Virus record (IMG/VR): IMGVR_UViG_3300011114_000773
Span: 32,001-96,000 of that record
DNA: 64,000 bases
Strand: one strand, 5' to 3'
DNA from: a virus
Part shown: piece after piece, positions 1 through 9,770 of the stretch
How the letters are laid out: each line of letters begins with the position of its first letter
Position numbering within the stretch: the first letter of the stretch is position 1
The notes under the pieces: model-generated
What the model saw: only the letters and a program-made list of their open reading frames with translations
Database searches by the model: none
Told to the model about the DNA's origin: nothing
Program-made: the position numbers and the translations under genes

Positions 1-485
1 GATACGTTCTCTACGAAAAGGGTAAAGAGAATTAGCGCGTAAATAAACTGCTTTTTCTCATCTCGATATACGCCCTTAGAATATTTCTTCAAGTACTTAA
101 CTCTATTGCCGATGCAGGGGAGTTTTAAGTTCTGCTCAAATACGTCATCTAGCCCGAGGACATGAAGAAGCCTTTCGTAAGCATTATTATGGATGACCTC
201 CACGTTGGCCATGACATATCCCATATCAGCGATATAAGGATGAGGAAGGTTGTCTCCGAGTTTACCCCAAAATGTCTTTACAGCAACTTCTATTTGAGAA
301 ATGGCAGAAAGCGTCCGAACGATGACCTCACGCTCCTCTTCGGTAAGCGTAACTAGAAAATCGTGCTTATCTGAATTAAAATTAAATTCTTTATCCGTCC
401 AGAAGCCATTGTGCATAGCTTCTACGAATTCCGTAGTCCACGGATATTTATTAGGCCTTCGAGATGTCTGTTCTTCAAAAATCAT
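1..485 (-). CDS. nrdB: Ribonucleotide reductase class I beta (R2) subunit, 5' part (runs off window edge)
   Basis: Not in the ORF track. Manual translation from ATG at 485 gives MIFEEQTSRRPNKYPWTTEFVEAMHNGFWTDKEFNFNSDKHDF...LSAISQIEVAVKTFW...MANVEVIHNNAYERLL...FTLFVENVS, with R2 helix motifs and the ExxH iron ligand. Confidence 0.92.
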   Translation of the reverse strand, partial: MIFEEQTSRRPNKYPWTTEFVEAMHNGFWTDKEFNFNSDKHDFLVTLTEEEREVIVRTLSAISQIEVAVKTFWGKLGDNLPHPYIADMGYVMANVEVIHNNAYERLLHVLGLDDVFEQNLKLPCIGNRVKYLKKYSKGVYRDEKKQFIYALILFTLFVENV

Positions 486-582
486 ACTGTTCAAGTATCA
501 TACAGCGGGTTGCACCCACGCGCAAGCGAAAACGCCCAAACAGAGAAAATACATTTTGCGCCATAAATTCCCGTGTAGGGAG

Positions 583-1089
583 CTATACGACGAGAAACGG
601 TTCGGGAGAAGAGGATAAATCAAAAAATTTAACAATAGAAACTCCTGCTATAGTTTTTATGGTTCCTATCAGGTCGTTGCCTCTTTCATGGTTCGTGAGA
701 AAGAAGTTCTTATAATATTCTTGAGCTTGGCTATTCCGGGCCGATTTACTGCAACTGCATCCGCTATTAACCAGTACCTCTAGGGCACAAAGACTATTAA
801 ACGCTTCTTGCTGCTCTTTGGAGAACTTATCTTTTAAAGGGAAGTACCACCCAACAAAGGACTGCAACCCCTCAAATGATATTTTTAGCTCAGAGTCTAT
901 CGCGTCGGCTACGGGTCCGCCGCCAAGGAGCACGACTAGACTCTCTGGAGAAGTAGGAACTGGTGCGCTGGAGGCTCCGACGTGCTCTGGAAGATTGACT
1001 TGAGGCGCAACGACTCGTCCCCCGATAACCGTATCGAGATTCCATGCCTCCGCGCCAGCGGCGAATCGTTTTTCTAATTCTGGACTCAT
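583..1089 (-). CDS. Hypothetical protein (168 aa, GCxC motif)
   Basis: Long ORF coupled to the upstream gene by an ATGA overlap; GTGTATAT motif at 1105-1112 just upstream. Confidence 0.7.
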   Translation of the reverse strand: MSPELEKRFAAGAEAWNLDTVIGGRVVAPQVNLPEHVGASSAPVPTSPESLVVLLGGGPVADAIDSELKISFEGLQSFVGWYFPLKDKFSKEQQEAFNSLCALEVLVNSGCSCSKSARNSQAQEYYKNFFLTNHERGNDLIGTIKTIAGVSIVKFFDLSSSPEPFLVV

Positions 1090-1457
1090 CCTTTTCTGTT
1101 AAGGATATACACGATTTTAACTAGCGAATAGTAAAAAACAACAGTCACCCAGACAGTAGCGAATACGATGACTAGTCTTCCGTCTCCGAATATTACACTT
1201 ATCGCAATTGAACAGAACACTGATAGGCACTCTCCACAGCTTGCTAGCGCTATCCAAAAGCTATTTGGCCACTTTATCCCCAGTCGCGTCCAGAAATTCA
1301 ACCTTGACTGTATTGGGTCATTAAAAAAGGCGCTCCCTTTCCTCGCCATCCGGCAAAACAGCTTGGAGTATGACTCGAATGCCTTCGTATCCGACACGAT
1401 ATATCCGATTGCCGACGACGCCAACGCTATAAAAATAACCAATTCTATAAAATTCAT
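1086..1457 (-). CDS. Small membrane protein with CxxC (DUF1360-like)
   Basis: Likely ATG start MNFIELVIF at 1457; three hydrophobic segments; SCGECLSVF motif. Confidence 0.6.
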   Translation of the reverse strand: MNFIELVIFIALASSAIGYIVSDTKAFESYSKLFCRMARKGSAFFNDPIQSRLNFWTRLGIKWPNSFWIALASCGECLSVFCSIAISVIFGDGRLVIVFATVWVTVVFYYSLVKIVYILNRKG

Positions 1458-1602
1458 AATTATTAAAATGGACTTGGTGAGTATAAAAATGCTCTCCGAG
1501 CTATACAAGAATACGTTATGGCCAGCAGCGCTAGTACGAATACAATCATACTATTCGACGGGCCATCTAAACACGTATTCTACGACTCTGCCAAAAAAAA
1601 CT

Positions 1603-1631
1603 TTGACAAATCGCTAAACCCATGCTAGCAT
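1603..1631 (+). promoter_or_regulatory. Sigma70-type promoter upstream of the structured RNA
   Basis: TTGACA (1603-1608), 17-nt spacer, TAGCAT (1626-1631); predicted TSS about 1638. Confidence 0.7.
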
Positions 1632-1646
1632 AATTTCAGTAATATA

Positions 1647-1984
1647 TCTGGACATGGAAATAAGTGCCTCCCGCTTTCAGACGGGCGTTAACTAGCAGCT
1701 ATCACCTGAAAATGGTCGTGGCCCTTGGGCAAGGTCGAAGATACTACTGCGTGGTTAAAGCGTGTGATATGGGGAAACAAGCAACAGGTCACATAAGGGC
1801 ACATCAACCGTTGGTTGGGAATCCCTAGTCGAAAGACTAGGGGGATGGTCCGAAACTATTTTTAGGACGAGGCGGGTAACGTCACGTTGACAAAGGTAGA
1901 GCTAGACGCCGGGGCACGATAGACCCCTATGGTCCTGAATGGCTGAAGCTGCCCTATGCGCGTCTAACTCCGTCTATGTCCAGA
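1647..1984 (+). ncRNA. Putative large structured non-coding RNA (~340 nt), family unknown
   Basis: No ORF in the track; GC-richer than its flanks. Closing stem TCTGGACAT/ATGTCCAGA, several nested helices, CCCTAGTC-GAAA-GACTAGGG hairpin, upstream promoter. Confidence 0.65.
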
Positions 1985-2144
1985 ATAGTAATATTCAACA
2001 ACATAACACGGAAATGAAGACACCTCAAAAAAGTTTGGTTTGCAGGATGTTAAGAAAGCATGTCCTTTAAAACAGGCTTGCTTTCTTAATTTCCTAAAAA
2101 AGTATAGTCTGCGCTTCTTTTGTCTTTACATTATTATTCATTTT

Positions 2145-2753
2145 ATGATTCATCACGGTACTAACACCGAGGGTACTCTTATTAAGGTACAGGGGCTAGT
2201 TGGGTTGTGCGGCCTAGCTAGGTCAGGCAAGGACTTATTATGCTCGAAACTAATGGAGCGCGGGGAAGTTGTCCGAGTGGCTTTAGCTGACGAGCTTAAG
2301 AAAGACATGCGAGACTTCCTAACGCTTAAGTACGGTATCGACATTCTACACTGCTCTGCTGTGGAAAAGGAGGTCGTCCGCCCTCTTCTGGTAGCACATG
2401 GATGCGCTATGAGAGGATTAACTAATGGAGACTGCTGGATAAATAAAATCCACCAACAAGTTGTAGCTAACGCATTGCAGTCATTGGTTGTCGTCACCGA
2501 CATTCGGTTTCCAAACGAACTTGCGTGGCTTAGGAGATTGGGCGGCGCTCTAGTCCATATCCGAAGATATAATGTAGTGGAGGGTGAGCGGTGGTATCTT
2601 TCTCCTCCTAACGCAGACGAGGCAGAATACGACCCCCACTTAAGGGAGTCGGCTGATTTTAAACTTGAATGGCAAACATCAAACGATATAGGAGTAAAGT
2701 TAAATGCAGAAGTGGACCAAGTAGTCTCATACTTGAATGGACGACTTTACTAA
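2145..2753 (+). CDS. Deoxynucleoside monophosphate kinase
   Basis: P-loop GLARSGKD, ALADELK, DIRFPNE motifs typical of phage dNMP kinases; ATG at 2145 preferred to TTG at 2040. Confidence 0.85.
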   Translation: MIHHGTNTEGTLIKVQGLVGLCGLARSGKDLLCSKLMERGEVVRVALADELKKDMRDFLTLKYGIDILHCSAVEKEVVRPLLVAHGCAMRGLTNGDCWINKIHQQVVANALQSLVVVTDIRFPNELAWLRRLGGALVHIRRYNVVEGERWYLSPPNADEAEYDPHLRESADFKLEWQTSNDIGVKLNAEVDQVVSYLNGRLY

Positions 2754-3336
2754 AAAAAACGACAGTGAACTTATTTCTTCCGTCGTGAATAGTTCATGCT
2801 CGGACAGCTACCTTGAGCTTTGCCGAAGATACGAAAAGGTCTTTTACAAAGTATGCCAGAGGTATAGCTCTGTCTTTACCTCCGTAGGAATCCCAATAGC
2901 TGATATACTTGACGATAAAGATTCAATCATTTATTTTTGCGTAAAAAAGTTTGACCCGACTAGAGGCGCTAAATTTTCTACGTTTGTCGGAAACTACGCC
3001 AGATTTTTATGCTTGAAAAGTATTTTAAGTAAAAAGCATTGTTCTGACTTCAGCGATGATTCGATAAACGAACTTATTGAGAGTCGCCAGATTGCTCAAG
3101 AATATGAATCTTCCAATACTATTTTTGGAGCGTCTTTAGTCAACGAGGCTGTCGAAAAACTAGAGAATCCGATACATCGCAAAATTATTCACTTAAAGTA
3201 CTACGCACAAGCTGGCCCTGTTACATGGAAGACCATCGCTAATGATATGAAAATTAGCGTCCCGACCGTAATTGGAATACATGGTCGAGCTATTAGGAAT
3301 CTCAAAAGGAAAATAAAAACGCTAGAATTACAATGA
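2737..3336 (+). CDS. Phage RNA polymerase sigma factor (sigma70 family, regions 2 and 4)
   Basis: KFDPTRGAKFSTFV region-2 motif; C-terminal HTH TWKTIANDMKISVPTV...RAIRNLK. Confidence 0.85.
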   Translation: MDDFTKKNDSELISSVVNSSCSDSYLELCRRYEKVFYKVCQRYSSVFTSVGIPIADILDDKDSIIYFCVKKFDPTRGAKFSTFVGNYARFLCLKSILSKKHCSDFSDDSINELIESRQIAQEYESSNTIFGASLVNEAVEKLENPIHRKIIHLKYYAQAGPVTWKTIANDMKISVPTVIGIHGRAIRNLKRKIKTLELQ

Positions 3337-4433
3337 AAAACTTCTCTCTTCATCTACCAATAAACTCTACCAGTCTAGGTCAGACATCGACCTTAATTCT
3401 GCGGACACTCATCGAGAACCCGGAGTTACTAGCGAAAGTAGATGGCTTATTTAATATCGGACATGACTTAGACTTGTCCAGTCAGGACCAGTCTTCTGTG
3501 AAGTCGTTTAGCCCAGCCGTACAGCAATTGATGAATGACAGTTTATCTAAGTATAGCAGGAGCACCCCATGCTTCAAGTTGTGGCACTTGTTAGGTTCTC
3601 TTGAATCGTATAGCGCAAATCCGACACTTCTATCATTTTACGAGTTAGACGAGCCGACAAGCGCAGAGCTTACTATTGCTGGAAGTCAGAACACGTTATT
3701 TACGTCTCGATACACCTGCGATGTATTCGCTAGTCGAGGAGTCCAGACTAAATATGTTCCGCTCGCTTTTGACGACTTCAATTTCAAAGTCAAAAATACA
3801 AGGAGAATTCCTGATAGGATTACTTTTAACGTCGTAGGCAAATATGAGAAAAGGAAATCTCACGAAAAAGTAATCAAATCTTGGATTAAGAAGTTCGGAA
3901 ATGACCGTCGTTATTTCTTGCAGGCCGCTGTCTATAATCCTTTCTTCCCGAACCCGGCAGAGACAAATAACAGAGTTACGAATGAACTATTGGGCGGACG
4001 GTCTGTATTTAATGTGAATTTCTTCGGGCACATGCTACAGAACTCTCTATATAATGACTTTCTTAACTCGTCGGATATCGTGCTTGGACTGAGTGGAGGA
4101 GAAGGCTGGGGACTTCCTGAGTTCCAGTCTGTAGCGATGGGAAAACACGCGGTTATTTTGGACGCTCATGGATATAAAGGCTGGGCCAATGCCGAAAACT
4201 CGGTTCTTGTAAAGCCAAACGGTAAAACCCCAGCATACGACGGATTATTCTTCCGTCAGGGAGCGCCGTTTAATCAGGGCAGTATTTTTACATTCGATGA
4301 AGACGCTTTTATCTACGGATGCGAACAAGCTATAGAAAGAGTCAAGAGCAGCCCAGTTAACGCTTCTGGAATTAAATTGCAGCAAGAGTTCTCAAGACAA
4401 AAAATGGTAAATCAAATTATAGAAGCACTATGA
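3333..4433 (+). CDS. Glycosyltransferase, GT4-like (GT-B)
   Basis: VGKYEKRK and SGGEGWGLPEFQSVAMGK donor-binding motifs. Confidence 0.85.
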   Translation: MKNFSLHLPINSTSLGQTSTLILRTLIENPELLAKVDGLFNIGHDLDLSSQDQSSVKSFSPAVQQLMNDSLSKYSRSTPCFKLWHLLGSLESYSANPTLLSFYELDEPTSAELTIAGSQNTLFTSRYTCDVFASRGVQTKYVPLAFDDFNFKVKNTRRIPDRITFNVVGKYEKRKSHEKVIKSWIKKFGNDRRYFLQAAVYNPFFPNPAETNNRVTNELLGGRSVFNVNFFGHMLQNSLYNDFLNSSDIVLGLSGGEGWGLPEFQSVAMGKHAVILDAHGYKGWANAENSVLVKPNGKTPAYDGLFFRQGAPFNQGSIFTFDEDAFIYGCEQAIERVKSSPVNASGIKLQQEFSRQKMVNQIIEAL

Positions 4434-4696
4434 ACGAAAATCCTATCGTATTTACCTTGAAGCGAGAAGATTTAAATAAGGCGTCTTTGCCGATGGACTT
4501 AATAGTCGGAGACGTATCAGACCGCCCGCCAGAGTTTTTCATTACTCAAATCGAGAATACATCTCCAGAAATCGTGACTGAAGAAGAGGTAGGAGAAGGT
4601 AGAATAAAAATTACGATTAAATCAGAGAGATGTCTTAAGAAAGCTTTTGATAAATTTAACGAAGCACGAGCAAACAGCAAGAAACACAATCTATGA
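4430..4696 (+). CDS. Hypothetical protein
   Basis: ATGA-coupled on both sides within the operon. Confidence 0.6.
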   Translation: MNENPIVFTLKREDLNKASLPMDLIVGDVSDRPPEFFITQIENTSPEIVTEEEVGEGRIKITIKSERCLKKAFDKFNEARANSKKHNL

Positions 4697-5370
4697 ACCC
4701 AACGCTACAAATTAGATTATTCACGAACGACCAGTTCGTCCTAGACAAAGTCTTTTACGCGAACGCTTACAAGTTGGCGACATTACCGAAGGATTCTATT
4801 GTGTTCGACATCGGGGCACACATCGGGTTCTTCGCTACGAACTGCGCTGTTCGCGGTGCTGCTAGAATTTACTGCTTCGAGCCTAACGCAGAAAATTTTG
4901 AGTGTCTTCTTCGTAATACTTTATTTATTAGAGATGGGGTTACGGCGGTCAATTCTTCTGTATTATTTGAGTCTGGATTTCTAGCTTTTGAAAAGCCGAA
5001 GCTCTCTGAGGATAAGTTTTTTGATTTCTCTTCGGTAAATATTGCGGACGAAAGCTCTGGAGATAAAGAATTGTCTATATGTATGAGTTTAGACACCGCT
5101 CTACTTAACTACGGTGGACAAGAAGTTCATCTGCTAAAAATAAATCTTGGTGGCTCCTATGAGCCAGACGTGCTAATTAATAGCAAGCTTATCAGCAAAT
5201 GCAACGCCGTATGCGGGATGACCAAGACCGACGACACGGCATCTCTGGACAAACTGTTCGCGCACATGAAAGAACATGGCTTCACTAATTCAAGTCTGAT
5301 AGACACTGGCGAGGACAAGGAGTTCCTTTTCGTATTTACCAAAGACATCGCTAAATCTTATTTTCAATAA
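4693..5370 (+). CDS. FkbM-family SAM methyltransferase
   Basis: VFDIGAHIGFF, YCFEPN, LLKI motifs. Confidence 0.85.
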   Translation: MNPTLQIRLFTNDQFVLDKVFYANAYKLATLPKDSIVFDIGAHIGFFATNCAVRGAARIYCFEPNAENFECLLRNTLFIRDGVTAVNSSVLFESGFLAFEKPKLSEDKFFDFSSVNIADESSGDKELSICMSLDTALLNYGGQEVHLLKINLGGSYEPDVLINSKLISKCNAVCGMTKTDDTASLDKLFAHMKEHGFTNSSLIDTGEDKEFLFVFTKDIAKSYFQ

Positions 5371-5371
5371 T

Positions 5372-5704
5372 ATGCCGTATTATACTTATAAAAACCCCAA
5401 GACCTCTGAAACCAAGGATATCTATCAAAGTATGAGAGAAGACCATGTCTATTCCGAAGGGGGCCAAGCTTGGGTTAGGGTTTTTGAATCACCGCAAATG
5501 TCTGTTGACACTAACATAAATCCAGACTCTAAGGCTGATTTTATGCGCGCTACCCAAAAGAGAATGACAATGGGCGATATGTGGGATGTCAGCGCCGATT
5601 TGAGTGCGAAGCGGGCGGAAAAATACGGGTCAGACCCGGTTAAGGACACCGCTGTTGAAAAGTACAAAAAGAAGTGCAAGAAAAACAAACACCCGCTAGC
5701 TTAA
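5372..5704 (+). CDS. FmdB-like small protein (Cys-less zinc-ribbon-like N-terminus)
   Basis: MPYYTYK...RVFESP pattern resembles the FmdB family. Confidence 0.55.
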   Translation: MPYYTYKNPKTSETKDIYQSMREDHVYSEGGQAWVRVFESPQMSVDTNINPDSKADFMRATQKRMTMGDMWDVSADLSAKRAEKYGSDPVKDTAVEKYKKKCKKNKHPLA

Positions 5705-6421
5705 ATGAAGATAGGAATTCTAGCTGTCTCATACAATTGTGCTGGCGATATAGATAATGTTCTATCTCCGTTCAAGGGAGACTCATTCGTAATCTCGGCG
5801 TGCAATATCCAGTTCGATAAGTTCGATATCCCGCCAGACGAGGACACTCTGATAAAACTTTACGAAACTCCAGAAGTCCAGCATATCTCTACGTCTGTAT
5901 GTCCGCTACCAGAAGCGGAAGCTCGGAATCTGGCGTTGAAGTATCTGCTCTATAGGGATGTCGATTACGTATGGCTCGTTGACGGAGACGAGTTCTACAC
6001 AGATAAAGAGGTAAACGCAATTACTAAAATTTTATCAGAAACGAGTCACGGGCCGTATTTTTCCATCAATTTCAAGAACTATGTTTTCGATGGTAGGACT
6101 TGGATAAGTGGATTTTGTCCTCCTAGGATATTCAGTAACAGGATTCACGGTGGAATCTCGTCGTTTTATTGGGATAACGACGTATCTTATAATGACGGCA
6201 CGGATTACAAAAGGCTTCCTAACGCGAAAATCCCAGAGTCCGTAGCTAACGTCCGCCACATGACTTGGCTTCATACTAATGGAAAAGAGAAAGTCCGTTA
6301 TCAGTTGAAACATTTTGGAGAGTGCTCTTACTCGTGGAATAGTTCTCTTGAGCGATTAGAATTCAATGAGGCATATTACCTAAAGAACAAAGTAAAGAAG
6401 CCTGAATTAATATATGATTAG
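5705..6421 (+). CDS. Glycosyltransferase, GT2-like (GT-A)
   Basis: EAEARNLAL...DYVWLVDGDE DxD motif. Confidence 0.8.
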   Translation: MKIGILAVSYNCAGDIDNVLSPFKGDSFVISACNIQFDKFDIPPDEDTLIKLYETPEVQHISTSVCPLPEAEARNLALKYLLYRDVDYVWLVDGDEFYTDKEVNAITKILSETSHGPYFSINFKNYVFDGRTWISGFCPPRIFSNRIHGGISSFYWDNDVSYNDGTDYKRLPNAKIPESVANVRHMTWLHTNGKEKVRYQLKHFGECSYSWNSSLERLEFNEAYYLKNKVKKPELIYD

Positions 6422-7217
6422 CGTTTATACGACAGCCTTTAATATAACTAAAGGAAAATTTAACATAGAGTCCGCTCTCAAGAACTTTTCCCTAGTCGGA
6501 GACGAAATCGTCGTTGGTACAATAAAAAATGAAGACGATACGCTAGACGTGCTAAATAGTTTTAAAGACTCATATCCTATAAAGATAGTCCAGACCGACT
6601 ACGATACTAAAACGTTTGCTGTAGATGGGAAGCTGAAAGAAGCTGCCTTGCAAAAATGCTCTGGAGAGTTCTGTATTCAGCTAGACGCTGACGAAAGAGT
6701 CGGGAATCCTGACGCATGGAATGACTTTATCAGTGACGAAGAGCTTCTTCGCAAAGTACTGTCCGATGATGTCGATGCTTTAATGTTGCCAGTAGTTAAT
6801 ATGTATAGGGACATAAATTCTTATAAAGACATAAATAGTAAATGGTATATCCATAAAAAAGATTCAAAATCACGAGGCAGACTGCACCGTGGAGTAGTAT
6901 ATTTCGCAAGGCTAGAGGGCGAAAAATTCGATAAGGAGAAGAGCGACGGATGCGAACTTCTGTATAGTGATAGCTCACTAGTCTCAAGCGTAGCCTTCAA
7001 AAATGCAGAATCTATTGAACAACTCAATTCTGCCGATATTCCATTCGTCGTACATCTTGGATACCTAGATTTATCGCGCAGAGATTCTCTGAACAAGGAG
7101 TTCTGGAATGCTACTTGGGCATCTTATGGAGGAACCGCAGTAGAGGACAAAGTAGAAGGACTTCCGCAGGTCAACAGTCTCAGATATGCGAGTTTAGATT
7201 TCTCGAATTTAATATGA
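6414..7217 (+). CDS. Glycosyltransferase, GT2-like (GT-A)
   Basis: ISVYTTAFN, DEIVV, EDDT, QLDADE, HLGY motifs. Confidence 0.85.
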   Translation: MISVYTTAFNITKGKFNIESALKNFSLVGDEIVVGTIKNEDDTLDVLNSFKDSYPIKIVQTDYDTKTFAVDGKLKEAALQKCSGEFCIQLDADERVGNPDAWNDFISDEELLRKVLSDDVDALMLPVVNMYRDINSYKDINSKWYIHKKDSKSRGRLHRGVVYFARLEGEKFDKEKSDGCELLYSDSSLVSSVAFKNAESIEQLNSADIPFVVHLGYLDLSRRDSLNKEFWNATWASYGGTAVEDKVEGLPQVNSLRYASLDFSNLI

Positions 7218-8047
7218 AGTTTTTTTCTGGTTTTAACGCCGGTCAGTATGGAGACTTAGTAATGAATACCGTCGCAGCCAGAAGGCTAAAATGGATGTAT
7301 CCAGAATGTCGATTATCTTTAGGAATCTCTCAAAAATATTCTGGCGCTGAACCTCTGTTCGAGAAACACCCCTTTATAGACGAAACCCATATATGGGAAG
7401 GCTATGACAACTTTCCTACCGAGAATGACAGAAAATTAATAAAATCAAAAGCATTTTCTGGCATTTTTAATCCCATGCCGAAGCACGATTATTCCAATGG
7501 CCCTTGGTTCTCAAAAAGGCATCAAACTAGTGAGGTCTGTTTCATGCACGGGCTGGGTGATGTTCCAGCCGAGCAGTGCCACTTGAACAGATGGTTTTCT
7601 CTTCTTTCTGGATATGAAGACTATATCGCACTGGCCCCGTTCGCTGGATGGTATAATCAGTCTAATCTTAAGAAACTAACGATTGAAAAAGCTGATGAAG
7701 TATGCGCTCGCATACGAGGCATGGGATATAAAGTTTTTCAGACGGGTGGCCCGGACGAGCCTAGGTTGAGATACGCAGAAAAGCCAAATCTTTCTATTCT
7801 GGAGTCCGTACAAGTAGTATTGTCGACCAAAGTCCTAGTCCACACAGATACTTTTATGGGGTGGGCAGCATCGGCCTATGGACATAAACAGGTCGGACTA
7901 TATAGCGATGCGGAATATCAAATAGGAGAGCAAAATTTCGTTCATAATATACAGCCAATCAACAGAAATTTTATTCCAATCAACGCTCGTAACGTAAACG
8001 AAATCGACTGCGAACAAATAGTATCCGCCCTCAAATATCTATTATGA
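7214..8047 (+). CDS. Glycosyltransferase, GT9 (heptosyltransferase-like)
   Basis: GQYGDLVM, HPFIDE, IALAPFAG, TDTFMGWAASA; ATG at 7214 overlaps the upstream stop. Confidence 0.8.
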   Translation: MKFFSGFNAGQYGDLVMNTVAARRLKWMYPECRLSLGISQKYSGAEPLFEKHPFIDETHIWEGYDNFPTENDRKLIKSKAFSGIFNPMPKHDYSNGPWFSKRHQTSEVCFMHGLGDVPAEQCHLNRWFSLLSGYEDYIALAPFAGWYNQSNLKKLTIEKADEVCARIRGMGYKVFQTGGPDEPRLRYAEKPNLSILESVQVVLSTKVLVHTDTFMGWAASAYGHKQVGLYSDAEYQIGEQNFVHNIQPINRNFIPINARNVNEIDCEQIVSALKYLL

Positions 8048-8934
8048 GAATAACTTGCCTAGGTGCCCGGACAGAACTGTCTCAGATTGAGAGAATCGAG
8101 TATGGATTACAGTCGCTCGGTCATATCACAGAACCGACAGATAGCCCTGATGTAATTTTTTGCAATGATACTGGACTATGGGATAAAGCTATAGAGATGA
8201 AGCAAAGGTCGGGCGCGTTTCTGATTTTAAACATTTTGGACCTTCCATATTTTCTTCCAAATTTCTTGGAGATTGTCGGAAAGCTCAAAGGTCAATGTGC
8301 GCACGCAGATGCTATAACCTGTATAAGCGAAACTACGAGGTTTTCTATTAAAAGATATCTTGGTATTGACGTATCGAAAGTCAGAGTCATTGGAAATCCC
8401 ATCAAAGATGTCTGCAATCTAGGATTTGTTAGACACATCCCGTTTCTCTATTGCGGAAGAGCTAATGATAGCATGAAGCGGGTCAGACTGGTTAAGGAGA
8501 CTATGGAGCTAATGAGTATCCATACTAGGGAACTAGTGGTATGCGGCCCGGAAAACCCCGGATTCGGAAACTACATAGGCCTTATTAGAGACGAACAGTT
8601 GCAGAGTATTATGAACTCTTGTCAGATTTTGATTTATCCATCGTGCTTCGATGGACTTGGTCTTCCTCCGATAGAGTTCTGTATTACTGGCGGTGTTCCT
8701 ATTCTTTGCAACGATTCGCCCACGTCTTTAGAGTTCTTTCCGAGTCAAGTCCTCTGCTCTCCTAATGCGGCCAGTATAGCCGAAAAAGTAGTCCATGTCT
8801 ATAATAATTATAGCGATTATCAGAAGCTACTACGTAAAACTAAAGACTCTTTCATTGACCGATTCAACCGAATGCAAGTAGCTAAAAATATTTTGGATAT
8901 CTGTAAGAATGCTCCTGTCACGAATAAAGTCTGA
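8044..8934 (+). CDS. Glycosyltransferase, GT4-like
   Basis: CISETT, YCGRANDSMKR, YPSCFDGLGLPPIE motifs. Confidence 0.85.
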   Translation: MRITCLGARTELSQIERIEYGLQSLGHITEPTDSPDVIFCNDTGLWDKAIEMKQRSGAFLILNILDLPYFLPNFLEIVGKLKGQCAHADAITCISETTRFSIKRYLGIDVSKVRVIGNPIKDVCNLGFVRHIPFLYCGRANDSMKRVRLVKETMELMSIHTRELVVCGPENPGFGNYIGLIRDEQLQSIMNSCQILIYPSCFDGLGLPPIEFCITGGVPILCNDSPTSLEFFPSQVLCSPNAASIAEKVVHVYNNYSDYQKLLRKTKDSFIDRFNRMQVAKNILDICKNAPVTNKV

Positions 8935-8939
8935 TACTG

Positions 8940-9770
8940 GTGAGCCGAATACTAATTACAGGAGCTAACGGATTCCTAGGGAGAAATCTCTGCAAGGATT
9001 TTTCTGATGCTGGTTTTGAAGTCTTTGCTTGGCTCAGGAGTAATGACATCAAAGATATCGGGACATTTCGCCCAGAGTATGTAGTTCACTGCGCTGGAGA
9101 AGTACATAATGAGCAGAAGATGATTGAGTCCAATATTATCTTGACGGAAAATGTGCTTAAGCAAGTATCTGGATACCACTATCGACCTTCGCTCAAAAGA
9201 TTTATTTATTTAGGGTCTTCGTCTGAATATGGTAGGATGACTGTGCCCAGCAGCGAAACCGATATACCTAATCCAACGTCGATGTATGAAGCCACCAAAA
9301 CCTCTGGCGCGATGATAGCTCAGGCCTACGGAAAGAAGTGCAACTTTAAAGTATCTATAGTTAGGCCGTATTCTATATTCGGCGAATTCGAGTCTCCCGA
9401 TAGATTTATTCCCACAATATATCGTTCAGCTAAAAATGGAGAGGTGGTAAAAATTTACGACGGAGCACACGACTTTCTATATGTAAAAGATTTCGTAGAA
9501 GCAGTCCGAGCGATAATTACCGCCAATGAACCTAGCGATATAGTGAATATAGGAAGCGGAATCTGTACGTCAAACGGACTGCTAGTTCAGACTTTTGAGG
9601 CTGCGTTCGGAAAATCTATCTCAAAACAGCTCGTTCAGAGCAGAATTAGAGACTATGACTCTGATTATTGGTGCGCTAATATCTCATACTTGAAAAGGAC
9701 GTATGGCTGGTCGCCCAGATTTAGCCTTGAGCAAGGATTAAAAGACTATATCAGAATTTGCGGAACATGA
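8940..9770 (+). CDS. NAD-dependent NDP-sugar epimerase/dehydratase/reductase (extended SDR)
   Basis: ITGANGFLG, GSSSEYG, YEATK, DFLYVKD motifs. Confidence 0.9.
   Translation: MSRILITGANGFLGRNLCKDFSDAGFEVFAWLRSNDIKDIGTFRPEYVVHCAGEVHNEQKMIESNIILTENVLKQVSGYHYRPSLKRFIYLGSSSEYGRMTVPSSETDIPNPTSMYEATKTSGAMIAQAYGKKCNFKVSIVRPYSIFGEFESPDRFIPTIYRSAKNGEVVKIYDGAHDFLYVKDFVEAVRAIITANEPSDIVNIGSGICTSNGLLVQTFEAAFGKSISKQLVQSRIRDYDSDYWCANISYLKRTYGWSPRFSLEQGLKDYIRICGT

Noticed and set aside
162-715. Plus-strand ORFs 162-356, 301-618 and 464-715
   Set aside because: They are antisense to nrdB and the 583-1089 gene and have no motifs.
1647-1984. tmRNA, RNase P RNA or group I/II intron identity for the structured region
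   Set aside because: No tRNA-like ends, no GAGGAAAGUCC, no recognisable intron core elements, and it does not interrupt a gene.
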